This document shows, piece by piece, positions 28,476-37,539 of a stretch of DNA of 39,354 bases (within the stretch, counting starts at the first letter, position 1; each line of letters starts with the position of its first letter). Made by a program: the position numbers and the translations under genes. The notes under the pieces were generated by a model. It was not told the origin of the DNA. It did no database searches and worked only from the letters and a program-made list of their open reading frames with translations. The DNA is taken from contig QIEJ01000125.1 in the NCBI GenBank assembly GCA_003228585.1, positions 1-39,354 on the forward strand, written 5' to 3'. This stretch comes from Pseudomonadota bacterium (GTDB lineage: Bacteria > BMS3Abin14).

Positions 28476-28532
28476 TTGATATCCTTTGATTTTTCACGAC
28501 ACCAGGAGTCACAGGAGCTTCTCCGCAGGCTG

Positions 28533-31154
28533 CTAGTTTGCTCCACAGCACTTCTTGTATTTTTTCCCCGAACCACACGGGCACGGTTCGTTGCGGCCGA
28601 TCTTTGCCCCTTTACGTCTGACGGTCCCGGGTTTGGCCCTATCTCCCCCTGAGTCACCACGACCGAGGGAAATCTGCTGTTCCCGCCTTTGGGGAAGGCC
28701 TTCCTCCTCCTGAGTCACCTGCACCAGAAACAGGGTCTTTACAGTCTCCTCGCGAACCCTCGACAGGGCCGTTTCAAACATCTGATAACCCTCGATTTTG
28801 TACTCGGACAGCGGTTCTCTCTGACCGTAACCCCTTAAACCGATACCCTCCCGGAGTTGATCCATATTGTAAAGATGGTCCTTCCACTGGGAGTCGAGGA
28901 TCTGAAGGAGAAATATCTTTTCCAGCCTTCTCATCAGTTCAGATCCAAACTCCTGCTCACGCTCCTGGTACCGGTTGTGGGCCTTTTCCATCAGGGACTC
29001 TACCAGGGCATCCCGGCCACCTTCGGCGGCACCAGTATCAGGGCGAAATGCGAATATGGAAAAGATGCGGTCTGCGAGACCTTCGGAATCCCATTCCTCA
29101 ACGTGTGTTTTCGGATCAACGTACATGTCCACCACGTCCTCGATAGTCTGGTCTGTCATGTCCCGCACCCAGTCCGAGAGATCCTCTGTCCCCAGGATAT
29201 CTCGCCTCTGCCCGTAAATAACCTCCCTTTGCATGTTCATCACATCGTCATATTCCAGCAGATGTTTGCGAATGTCGAAGTTGTGGCCCTCGACCTTGCT
29301 CTGGGCGTTCTCGATGGCCCTGGTAACCATTCTGTTCTCGATGGGCTGACCCTCTGACATGCCAAGCTTTTCCATGAGACCCGAGATCCTTTCAGATCCG
29401 AAGATCCTCATGAGATCGTCCTCGAGGCTCAGGTGGAACCTGGAACTGCCCGGATCTCCCTGGCGTCCCGACCGGCCCCTCAACTGGTTGTCTATCCGCC
29501 GGCTCTCGTGTCGTTCCGTTCCCAGGATATGAAGACCGCCGGCCTCGATCACCTTTTGCCTCTCCCCGCCACAGATGTCACGGTACTCCGCAAGGGTTCT
29601 CTCATATTCTTCGCCCTCCTCCTGGCCAGCCTTCGTCTTGGCAAGAAACTCCGGATTTCCGCCCAGAACGATGTCCGTCCCCCTTCCGGCCATGTTTGTG
29701 GCTATGGTCACCGCACCAAAACGGCCAGCCTGGGCAACGATCTCCGCCTCCCTCTCATGGTGTTTGGCATTGAGCACATGATGGGGGATCCCTTCGCGCT
29801 TGAGCATCCTGGACAGGAGTTCAGAGTTCTCAATGGATGTTGTCCCAACCAGAACCGGCTGCCCGCTTTCATGACATTCGATGATCTCCTCCGCCACCGC
29901 CTGGTATCTCTCCTTCATGGTTCGAAAGATCACATCGGAATAGTCCATCCTGATCATGGGCATGTGGGTCGGTATGACTACGACGTCGAGATCGTAGATC
30001 TTCTTGAATTCCGCGGCTTCCGTGTCGGCGGTACCCGTCATTCCCGCCAGCTTGTTGTACATTCTGAAGAAGTTCTGGAATGTGATGGATGCCAGCGTCT
30101 GATTTTCACTTTCTATCTTGACGTTTTCCCTGGCCTCCAGAGCCTGATGCAGACCGTCGCTGTACCTCCTGCCCACCATGAGCCGCCCGGTGAACTCATC
30201 GACGATGAGCACCTGGCCATCTTTGACCACGTAGTCCACATCCCTCTTGTAAAGGCCATGGGCTCTCAGGGCCTGCTGAACATGGTGATTCAACTCGATA
30301 TTTCCCGGCTCGTAGAGGTTTTCCACACCAAGCAGTTTCTCCACTCGCTCAACGCCATCCTCGGTGAGCATCACGCTCCTGGCCTTCTCATCAATGTTAA
30401 AATGAAGATCCTTCTTCAGACGTGGGATGATCTTGTCGATGGTGTAGTACTTGTCGGTTGACTCCTCCGCCGGACCCGAGATAATCAGGGGGGTCCTGGC
30501 CTCGTCGACCAGGATGCTGTCTACCTCGTCGACTATGGCGTAGTTCAAGTCCCGTTGAGCGTAATCCTCAAGGGCAAATTTCATGTTGTCCCGCAGGTAA
30601 TCGAAACCATACTCGTTGTTGGTGCCGAAGGTGATATCGGAGGCGTAGGCCAGTTTTCTCTGGGCATCTCCCATTTCATTCTGGATCAGACCCACGGTCA
30701 GGCCGAGGAACCGGTATATGGTCCCCATCCACTCGCTGTCCCTGGAAGCGAGATAGTCGTTCACAGTGACAAGATGGACACCCCCACCTGCCAGAGCATT
30801 GAGGTATGCCGGAAGGGTAGCCACCAGCGTTTTCCCCTCTCCGGTCTTCATCTCGGCAATCGTTCCCTCATGAAGAAAAACACCGCCCATGATCTGAACA
30901 TCGAAGTGCCTCATATTCAGCAGCCTGTGGCCGGCCTCCCGGACCACCGCAAAAGCTTCCGGGAGAATATCATCGAGGGGCTCCCCCTTTCCGATCCGTT
31001 CACGGAAATTGTCGGTCTTCCCGCGCAGAGCTTCATCGTCCAACGCTGAGATCGAGCTCTCCAGCTCTCCAACCCTCTGCACGATGGGTGTTACCCGCTT
31101 CAGTTCCCTTTCGTTCTTGCTTCCAAAAAACTTCTTGCCGATGGAGTTGAACAT
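28533..31154 (-). CDS. secA: Preprotein translocase ATPase SecA
   Basis: 873 aa. Motifs [13 protein letters not shown] and [20 protein letters not shown]-terminal zinc finger [14 protein letters not shown]. Confidence 0.97.
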   Translation of the reverse strand: MFNSIGKKFFGSKNERELKRVTPIVQRVGELESSISALDDEALRGKTDNFRERIGKGEPLDDILPEAFAVVREAGHRLLNMRHFDVQIMGGVFLHEGTIAEMKTGEGKTLVATLPAYLNALAGGGVHLVTVNDYLASRDSEWMGTIYRFLGLTVGLIQNEMGDAQRKLAYASDITFGTNNEYGFDYLRDNMKFALEDYAQRDLNYAIVDEVDSILVDEARTPLIISGPAEESTDKYYTIDKIIPRLKKDLHFNIDEKARSVMLTEDGVERVEKLLGVENLYEPGNIELNHHVQQALRAHGLYKRDVDYVVKDGQVLIVDEFTGRLMVGRRYSDGLHQALEARENVKIESENQTLASITFQNFFRMYNKLAGMTGTADTEAAEFKKIYDLDVVVIPTHMPMIRMDYSDVIFRTMKERYQAVAEEIIECHESGQPVLVGTTSIENSELLSRMLKREGIPHHVLNAKHHEREAEIVAQAGRFGAVTIATNMAGRGTDIVLGGNPEFLAKTKAGQEEGEEYERTLAEYRDICGGERQKVIEAGGLHILGTERHESRRIDNQLRGRSGRQGDPGSSRFHLSLEDDLMRIFGSERISGLMEKLGMSEGQPIENRMVTRAIENAQSKVEGHNFDIRKHLLEYDDVMNMQREVIYGQRRDILGTEDLSDWVRDMTDQTIEDVVDMYVDPKTHVEEWDSEGLADRIFSIFAFRPDTGAAEGGRDALVESLMEKAHNRYQEREQEFGSELMRRLEKIFLLQILDSQWKDHLYNMDQLREGIGLRGYGQREPLSEYKIEGYQMFETALSRVREETVKTLFLVQVTQEEEGLPQRREQQISLGRGDSGGDRAKPGTVRRKGAKIGRNEPCPCGSGKKYKKCCGAN

Positions 31155-31182
31155 CTTTCCCCTTATACTGAGGTAATGACCC

Positions 31183-31217
31183 TGATCGGGGTCCAGAGAT
31201 CAGAGGTCAGGGTTCAG
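31183..31217 (+). repeat. Heptad array, 4-5 units (TGATCGG GGTCCAG AGATCAG AGGTCAG GGTTCAG)
   Basis: Exact 7-nt spacing of TCAG/CCAG. Located 29-63 nt upstream of the secA start codon, on the strand opposite the gene. Confidence 0.75.
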
Positions 31218-31313
31218 TGGAAACGCAATATTATCCCAACCTTTCAGTTTATCACTACGAACCTTTTCTGTGAATGTAATTTAAACTTTTTGCGAAGCCA
31301 TCAACATTTGTCC

Positions 31314-31348
31314 GCACAAAAACAGCCCCGAAAGATAACCTTCGGGGC
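31314..31348 (-). terminator. Rho-independent terminator downstream of the M23 peptidase gene
   Basis: Minus strand reads GCCCCGAA-GGTTATCT-TTCGGGGC, a perfect 8-bp GC-rich stem (31348..31325) with an 8-nt loop. It is followed directly by TGTTTTTGTG. It begins 36 nt after the stop at 31385. Confidence 0.7.
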
Positions 31349-31384
31349 CGGAGATTCAGGCCTTTCACGGGACCGTATAACAGA

Positions 31385-32296
31385 TCAGTTGAGAATGTAC
31401 CGGACCGGGTTCACCGCAACCCCGTTCACCGCAACCTCGTAATGAAGGTGTGGGCCGGTGCTTCGGCCAGTGTTGCCGACCTTTGCTATGACATCGCCGC
31501 GTTTGACCTTCTGGCCGATCTTTACGTCAACAGTCGAGCAATGCGCGTATTTTGTCACGATACCGTACCCATGATCGATGGCCAGCATGTTGCCGAAACC
31601 TCCCTCACGACCGGAGAATGTAACCAGACCATCCGCAGGCGCGATGATGGGGGTTCCCGTTCGAGTGGCGACATCGAGGCCCTTGTGCATCTCCCGACGG
31701 CCTGTAAAAGGTGATCTTCGATAACCGAAGGTAGAGGTCCGCCAACCCTTGACAGGCCAGATGGAGGGTGTCGATGCGAGAAGTGATTTCTGATCAGCAA
31801 GGTACTCCACCAGTTCCTGAAAACTGCGTTCCTGAATGCTCGCATCGGTTTTGAGGCGGGACAATCCCGTTGTCATGCTCTTGATGAGCGCCTGATCCTG
31901 GAAAGACAGGTCCGACTCCATGGGATTGAATGGCTCGGGATTTTCACCGCCGATAGCCATTATCTGCTCAGGATAGACAACACTGTCCAGATCGGCCATG
32001 ACCCTTAATTTGGTATCGAAATTACGCAGGCGGGTCATCTCTGTCTGGATGTCATCAATGGACTTTGCGAAGGTCATCAACTGCTGCTTCTGCTGCCTCG
32101 TTTCAAGTCGGAGCCGGTCAAGATCACTTACCATCCCCTTGACGCTGTAATAATCAGAAAGAAAATATGCCAGTCCGGTCAGTGAGAGTATGGCGAGAAC
32201 GATAACTCCACGAACAAGTACCTTGGGAATCTGGTACCGCCGGACCTTTGCGGTCTCATCCGGCACGATCATGACTGTATATTTTTTACTTGTCAC
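31385..32296 (-). CDS. M23 family (LytM-domain) peptidoglycan metalloendopeptidase
   Basis: 303 aa with a GTG start. N-terminal TM segment, coiled-coil region, and LytM motifs HKGLDVA and GPHLHYEV. Confidence 0.85.
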   Translation of the reverse strand: MTSKKYTVMIVPDETAKVRRYQIPKVLVRGVIVLAILSLTGLAYFLSDYYSVKGMVSDLDRLRLETRQQKQQLMTFAKSIDDIQTEMTRLRNFDTKLRVMADLDSVVYPEQIMAIGGENPEPFNPMESDLSFQDQALIKSMTTGLSRLKTDASIQERSFQELVEYLADQKSLLASTPSIWPVKGWRTSTFGYRRSPFTGRREMHKGLDVATRTGTPIIAPADGLVTFSGREGGFGNMLAIDHGYGIVTKYAHCSTVDVKIGQKVKRGDVIAKVGNTGRSTGPHLHYEVAVNGVAVNPVRYILN

Positions 32297-32396
32297 GGAA
32301 CAAACTCTCCCCTCGGAAGCTCGCCTGCAACCCTGTCATAAACGAGAAAATTTCGTGAAAACTAACATAATAATCTGCAAATTGCAACCCAACCCG

Positions 32397-33734
32397 TCAG
32401 CGTCCCGCCACAATGATCGGCGCCACGAGAATACTGGGAGATCCGGTAGAACCGTAGAATCTCAGGTCATTTCCCACGGCCAGCATTGTTGAAAACAGGT
32501 CAAAAATATTACCGCTCACAGTGCCGTTTCGGAACGGCTCCCCCCGTTCCTGGTTCACAAACATATAACCGGATGCCCCCAGCGAGAAGTCACCTGAAAC
32601 CCTGTCAATTGTGTGGACTCCCATGAGGTTCTCTATGCTGACTGATGTTCCAGGTGGAACATGTTCGTCAACAGGATCTGGACCTGCCTCCAGGATCAGG
32701 TTAGTCGAACCCGGTGATGGCGCCCCTGAAAGACTTCCCCTGAAACCGTTCCCGGTTGGCAGTATCCCTTCCTTTGCAGCCGTTTTGAGGGTGTGAAAGG
32801 ACCCGGAGACAACACCCTTTTCCACTATCCGGCGCCCAACGGGCACAACCCTCTCATCGTCAAAGGGAACCGTACCTATACCTCCGGGAAGATTACCATT
32901 ATCGGTCAGTGTCATCAGATCCGAAAAGATCTTTTCATCCATCTTCCCAGCAAGGCGCGACCGCCCCTTCTGTATCTCGTCGGCCGAAAAAGAGGCCGCC
33001 AGAACTCCCAAAAGGCTCACAGCGACCCTTGGTGGTAACAACGCCGGATATTCCCCCGTAACTGGCGATTCGCCGCCCAGAAGCCCCGCTGCCTCTAAAG
33101 CCGCCCTCTCGCCCACTCCTCGCGGTTCAAGATCCGATGCCGTACGGGACATCTGGTAATCATACCCTGTCTGGGATCCCGACTTCCCCTCGGCGATAGC
33201 CTCAACACCTACCGAGAAATAGGTGTCCTCGTAATTCCAGACACGGCCTCCGGATGATATAGCGGTAGCCCGATACTGCTCACCATAGGAGGGTTTATGG
33301 GTCTTCCGGATCCTTCCGTCGGCTGCCAACGCCGCCGACTCCAAGTCCCGGGCCATATCGATCTTCCTTTCAAGAGGCTCCTGGATACCTCTGTGGTCAA
33401 GGATCCCGACACCGGCTCCCGGCTCATCGGCGGCGGAAAAACAGTTTTCCTCGCCGGCGGGAACAAGTTTTGCGCCCTGGACAGCATCCCTGATCATTCC
33501 GGTGATGGCATCATCGTCGGGGTCCGTGGCAAATGAGAAACCGGGTCTGCCATCCACGAGAACCCTTATGGCGGTAGAGGTCTCCCTGGTTCGCCGGGTC
33601 CCCTCGACCTGGCCTTCTTTGACCTCGATGCGGGACGAATCCGTAAAACGCGCCATGGCCTCGGCATCATCCGCCCCTGTGGCAAGAGCCCGCTCAACCA
33701 TCTTCTCCGTCATCTTGTTCAGTGATACCAGCAT
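32397..33734 (-). CDS. pmbA: TldE/PmbA family protein (TldD/PmbA metalloprotease superfamily; no HExxxH seen)
   Basis: 445 aa. C-terminal pattern VHTIDRVSGDFSLGASGYMF is typical of the family. Absence of a TldD-type HExxxH motif favours PmbA/TldE. No partner tldD in the window. Confidence 0.8.
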   Translation of the reverse strand: MLVSLNKMTEKMVERALATGADDAEAMARFTDSSRIEVKEGQVEGTRRTRETSTAIRVLVDGRPGFSFATDPDDDAITGMIRDAVQGAKLVPAGEENCFSAADEPGAGVGILDHRGIQEPLERKIDMARDLESAALAADGRIRKTHKPSYGEQYRATAISSGGRVWNYEDTYFSVGVEAIAEGKSGSQTGYDYQMSRTASDLEPRGVGERAALEAAGLLGGESPVTGEYPALLPPRVAVSLLGVLAASFSADEIQKGRSRLAGKMDEKIFSDLMTLTDNGNLPGGIGTVPFDDERVVPVGRRIVEKGVVSGSFHTLKTAAKEGILPTGNGFRGSLSGAPSPGSTNLILEAGPDPVDEHVPPGTSVSIENLMGVHTIDRVSGDFSLGASGYMFVNQERGEPFRNGTVSGNIFDLFSTMLAVGNDLRFYGSTGSPSILVAPIIVAGR

Positions 33735-33737
33735 GAC

Positions 33738-34208
33738 TCAGAACACCTCCAGGAGAACGGCTTCCTCATCACAGTTGGGAAATTTGGGACACTTAAGGCA
33801 ATCCCCCCAGACCTTATGAGGCAATGTTTCCTTGACAACCCGTGAGAATCCCATCCTCTCGAAGAATCCAGGTTTGTATGTCAGGGCATAGATCTTTGCG
33901 ATCCCCAGTTCACGCGCCTCCTCAAGACAGGCCGTAACGAGATCGCGGCCAAGCCCCATTCCCTGCAGTTCCTGGGAAACGACAAGGGATCGCACCTCTG
34001 CCAGGTCCTCCCAGTTTACATGGAGTGCGGAGCAGCCCACCACAATCCCCTCCCTCTCGGCGACAAAGAAATCCCTCATCCCTTCGTAAAGCTCGCTGCG
34101 TGATCGTCCAAGCATCTCGCCCTTCGCCGCATATTCATTGACGAGCTGATGGATGGAGGGGATGTCTCCCACCCGGGCCTTTCTGATATTCACTGATGAC
34201 CTATCCAC
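33738..34208 (-). CDS. GNAT family N-acetyltransferase, possibly a short-form N-acetylglutamate synthase
   Basis: 156 aa. Acetyl-CoA motif QELQGMGLGRDL. Cys-rich tail CLKCPKFPNC. The ORF-track start is GTG 34208 (8-nt overlap with recN). An alternative GTG at 34193 gives (M)NIRKARVGD. Confidence 0.75.
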   Translation of the reverse strand: MDRSSVNIRKARVGDIPSIHQLVNEYAAKGEMLGRSRSELYEGMRDFFVAEREGIVVGCSALHVNWEDLAEVRSLVVSQELQGMGLGRDLVTACLEEARELGIAKIYALTYKPGFFERMGFSRVVKETLPHKVWGDCLKCPKFPNCDEEAVLLEVF

Positions 34209-35817
34209 AGGATTCCTCCAGTAACTCCCTTGCCGACTCCAATATATGCGTTGTCAGCTCAAGTCCTCCCATCATCCTGGCTATCTCCCCTACCCGATCA
34301 TCATCGCTTATATACTTCACCTGGACGACTGTGCGATTATTCCGGGACATCTTTTCAACGAGAATATGCTGGTCGGCGAAGGCGGCAACCGGTGCGAGAT
34401 GGGTGATACAGAGAACCTGATGGTGATTCGAAATCTCCTTCAGCTTTTTACCAAGAACCCCCGCGACCCTGCCGCCGATACCGGAGTCGACCTCATCAAA
34501 AACGAGGGTGGGGATACCGTCCGAACCGGCGAGGATTCGCTTGAGCGCCAACATTATCCGGGACAGTTCCCCTCCTGATACGATCTTTCTCAGGGGCAAA
34601 AGAGGCTCTCCGGGGTTGGGGGAAATGAGAAACTCCACAAGATCCTGTCCGGTTTCATTATGGGGGACCTCCTCGAAATCAACATGGAAACGAACTCTCT
34701 CCATGGCAAGGTCACTGAGTTCCTCCTGGACCCTTTCCTGAAGTTCCTCAGCAGCTGATCTCCTGCTGGAGCTGAGGTCATTCGCCATCCGTACAAGATC
34801 CCGGGACAACTCCTCTTCCCTGGCCTTCAATGTGCCGACATCCTCCTCGTCGAGCCCCATGGCTTCCAACTCCTCTCTGGACTCGCGGAGAAAATCGAGG
34901 ATCTCCTCTTCCGATGATCCATACTTCTTCTTCATGTCTCCGATGAGGGCCAGCCTGTCCGATATCCGGGCTAGTTTCCGGGGATCCGCTGTCACTTTAT
35001 CTCTATAATCCCTGAGGAGATAGGAAGCCTCTTCGAGTTGAGTCCGCGAGGTATCCAGAAGTTCAACTATCTCGGAAAGTCTTCCGTCCACCTCCATAAG
35101 TTCGGCAAGAGAAGCTGTAACCCTGCCGAGGCCATCTGTAAGGGATCCGTCCATCTGATAGATCGTTTCAACTGCATGTCCTGCCGCCTGGTGAAGCTTT
35201 TCAGCTGAGGCGAGGACTCTTTCCTCTTCCCTCAGTTCCACCTCTTCCCCTTCCCTGATATTGGTTTCCTCCAGTTCCCTGACAACGAACTGCAGATAAT
35301 CTTTCCTGGCCAGACGTTCCTTTTCACCCTCCTCGATCAACCGGATCTTTCTGCTGATCTCAACCCGGGAGCGGAAATGACCCTCGTGACTGGACTTCAC
35401 GGCATCGAGGCCGGCAAAGGAATCCAGAGCACAGAGCTGGGCCTGAACCTTGAGGAGCATCTGATGTTCATGCTGTCCATGGAGATCAACCAGGTTGTCG
35501 CCGATGATCCTGAGCTGAGTCAGGGGAGTGTGCGTGTCGTTGACAACTGCCCGGCTCCTGCCCTCCCGCGGTATTTCCCGGTTGATAACGAGGGCTTCTT
35601 CACCTGAAACCGTGAATGTGGCGCCGATTCTCGCAGCGATTTCCCCGGATCTCACAACAGATGTATCCACCCTCTCGCCGAGAACGGACTGCAGGGCACC
35701 GACAATTATGGATTTGCCCGCTCCGGTCTCTCCTGTAAAGACCGTCAGCCCTTTCCCGAAGGAGAGCGAAAGCTCATCGATAAGGGCAAAACCTTTTATT
35801 TCAAGAGATTTCAGCAT
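34201..35817 (-). CDS. recN: DNA repair protein RecN
   Basis: 538 aa. Walker A GETGAGKSI, long coiled-coil middle, SGGELSRIMLAL signature and Walker B LVFDEVDSGIGG. Confidence 0.93.
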   Translation of the reverse strand: MLKSLEIKGFALIDELSLSFGKGLTVFTGETGAGKSIIVGALQSVLGERVDTSVVRSGEIAARIGATFTVSGEEALVINREIPREGRSRAVVNDTHTPLTQLRIIGDNLVDLHGQHEHQMLLKVQAQLCALDSFAGLDAVKSSHEGHFRSRVEISRKIRLIEEGEKERLARKDYLQFVVRELEETNIREGEEVELREEERVLASAEKLHQAAGHAVETIYQMDGSLTDGLGRVTASLAELMEVDGRLSEIVELLDTSRTQLEEASYLLRDYRDKVTADPRKLARISDRLALIGDMKKKYGSSEEEILDFLRESREELEAMGLDEEDVGTLKAREEELSRDLVRMANDLSSSRRSAAEELQERVQEELSDLAMERVRFHVDFEEVPHNETGQDLVEFLISPNPGEPLLPLRKIVSGGELSRIMLALKRILAGSDGIPTLVFDEVDSGIGGRVAGVLGKKLKEISNHHQVLCITHLAPVAAFADQHILVEKMSRNNRTVVQVKYISDDDRVGEIARMMGGLELTTHILESARELLEESCG

Positions 35818-35823
35818 GGAAAA

Positions 35824-36690
35824 TTACCTGAGACCCCAATGCAGCTTGGTGCTCAGAACCTCAAAAAAGTTCTTCGAACTGGTTCTGATGAGCCTGGCAC
35901 GGTTGGCTGACTCCTTGATCCCTACCCTGTCTCCGGGGAAAAGCTCGGTCCCCTCCTGCCCGTCAAGGGTGAGAAACACCTTTCCAGAGTCGCTGAGCAG
36001 ACGGAGTTCGATCAGGGAATCACCAGAAACAACAAGTGGTCTGTTGGTGAGGGTGTGGGGACAGATGGGCGATATGAGGATCACATTCAAGGTAGGTTCG
36101 ACAATGGGACCACCGGCCGCCATGGAGTAGGCTGTGGACCCCGTTGGGGTGCTCACAATCAGTCCATCGGCCCTGTAAGTGGTCAATCTCTTCCCATTGA
36201 CGAAGGCATCCAGGTCGAAAATGCGGGCAAGTGCTCCTTTGTTGATAACCACGTCATTAAAGACTCTGTACTCCCCGGCCACTTCACCCTGTCGATTGAG
36301 TTGCACCTCCAGCCTCACCCTCTCCTCAACACGGTAATCCCCTTCCAGAATGTTTCTCAGGGCCGGATAAAGCTCCTCCAGGGCCAACTCCGTCAGGAAT
36401 CCCAGAGAACCAAGATTTACTCCCAGGATCGGCAGGTCATGGTCTTCAACCAGACGGGCCACGGATAAGAGAGTGCCGTCGCCGCCGAGGACAAGCAGCA
36501 TGTCTGATTCGGGCGGGATTACCTCTATCGAGAGAGCCTTAACAGATCCGCCTGCAAGGCTCCCGTACTCTTCCTGGATCGCCACAGACAGTCCTCTGTT
36601 GCGGAGCCAGGGGACCAGTCCCTCCATAACTCCCTGTGCATGTGGACTGGAGGTCTTGGCTATTATTCCGATGCGCTTTATTGAATCCAT
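35824..36690 (-). CDS. nadK: NAD(+) kinase
   Basis: GGDGTLL motif (VLGGDGTLLSVARL) and STPTGSTAYSMAAGGPIV. I prefer ATG 36690 (MDSIKRIGII...). The ORF-track GTG 36711 lies inside a heptad repeat array. Confidence 0.9.
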   Translation of the reverse strand: MDSIKRIGIIAKTSSPHAQGVMEGLVPWLRNRGLSVAIQEEYGSLAGGSVKALSIEVIPPESDMLLVLGGDGTLLSVARLVEDHDLPILGVNLGSLGFLTELALEELYPALRNILEGDYRVEERVRLEVQLNRQGEVAGEYRVFNDVVINKGALARIFDLDAFVNGKRLTTYRADGLIVSTPTGSTAYSMAAGGPIVEPTLNVILISPICPHTLTNRPLVVSGDSLIELRLLSDSGKVFLTLDGQEGTELFPGDRVGIKESANRARLIRTSSKNFFEVLSTKLHWGLR

Positions 36691-36697
36691 AGGTCTC

Positions 36698-36795
36698 GTT
36701 TCAGGTTCCACGTTCCAGGTTCCATGTTCCAGGTTTCAGCAACCAGTGAATGAGCCCGAGCCCGGGATGGTCCAACGTCCAAGGTCCAGGTTCGC
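36698..36795 (+). repeat. Longest heptad array: GTTTCAG GTTCCAC GTTCCAG GTTCCAT GTTCCAG GTTTCAG CAACCAG, a GC-rich core containing CCCGGG, then GGTCCAA CGTCCAA GGTCCAG GTTCGC
   Basis: Seven contiguous units at 36698-36746 and 3-4 further units at 36769-36795. Fills most of the tlyA-nadK spacer and abuts the nadK start. Confidence 0.9.
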
Positions 36796-36807
36796 CCATG
36801 CGCCCAC

Positions 36808-37539
36808 TCAGTACTTCAAATGCGCCAGATACTCAACATTCCCGTCAGCGCCGGGAATCGGACAATCCATGGTATTGAATACTTCAAACCCCTCCTTTGA
36901 AGCGCGGTCCTCAAACATCTCCAGAGCGCTCCGGCGCACTTTCTCATCCCGGACAACGCCACCCTTGCCAACCTTGTCCCTGCCGACCTCGAACTGGGGC
37001 TTGACAAGGACTACAATCTGAGATCCTTCACGCATGAACCTTTTCAGGTTCGGCAGGATCAAACGGAGGGAGATAAAGGAGACGTCCACCACAGCGAGAT
37101 CGAAATCCTGAGGCAGTGTTTCTTCAGTTACCGTCCTGAAGTTGGTCCTCTCGAGGACTACAACCCGGGAATCGGTCCTCAGCTTCCAGTCCAACTGACC
37201 ATACCCCACATCCACCGACCAGACAGCGGCCGCTCCTCTCTGGAGCAGACAGTCCGTGAAACCTCCCGTGGACGCACCGACATCCAGACACTTCATGCCG
37301 CCCGGATCCACCCCGAATCGTTCCAGACCGGCTTCGAGCTTCAATCCTCCCCGGCTGACGTAGGGCAGCCCTTCCCTGACGTCCAGCGGCGCATCGCATG
37401 GCAGCCTGTGACCTGATTTGTCAATCCTGGTATCGCCGGAGTATACCTTGCCCGCCAGAATAAGAGCCTGGGCCTTCTGTCTGCTGGGCACCAACCCCCT
37501 GTCTACCAGTTGAAGATCCACTCTCTCACGTTTTGACAT
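36808..37539 (-). CDS. tlyA: TlyA family rRNA 2'-O-methyltransferase (S4 domain + FtsJ-like methyltransferase)
   Basis: 243 aa. S4-like [27 protein letters not shown] and SAM motif [15 protein letters not shown]. Its start overlaps the dxs stop by 14 nt. Confidence 0.88.
   Translation of the reverse strand: MSKRERVDLQLVDRGLVPSRQKAQALILAGKVYSGDTRIDKSGHRLPCDAPLDVREGLPYVSRGGLKLEAGLERFGVDPGGMKCLDVGASTGGFTDCLLQRGAAAVWSVDVGYGQLDWKLRTDSRVVVLERTNFRTVTEETLPQDFDLAVVDVSFISLRLILPNLKRFMREGSQIVVLVKPQFEVGRDKVGKGGVVRDEKVRRSALEMFEDRASKEGFEVFNTMDCPIPGADGNVEYLAHLKY

Noticed and set aside
29433-30461. 342-aa plus-strand ORF; likewise 24604..25491 (295 aa), 27345..28037 (230 aa), 13577..14278 (233 aa) and 9886..10539 (217 aa)
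   Set aside because: All are antisense to well-supported genes (secA, rpsB, histidine kinase, nusA, infB/DUF503). They lack motifs, Shine-Dalgarno sequences and plausible composition.
31176-31442. 88-aa plus-strand ORF in the secA-M23 spacer
   Set aside because: It reads through the heptad array and the terminator stem and then into the antisense of the M23 gene. It has no Shine-Dalgarno and an implausible composition.
32297-32396. Repeated GGGTTGCA / TTGCA boxes and a TGCAA-A-TTGCA palindrome upstream of the M23 peptidase gene, as an operator site
   Set aside because: The motifs are short and could simply be overlapping -35-like hexamers (TTGCAA-17-TAGTTT). There is insufficient evidence for a specific regulator site without comparative data.
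36698-36795. Heptad arrays as CRISPR arrays or coding low-complexity repeats
   Set aside because: The unit is 7 nt with no spacers, far below CRISPR repeat and spacer sizes. There are no cas genes. A 7-nt period is incompatible with a reading frame.
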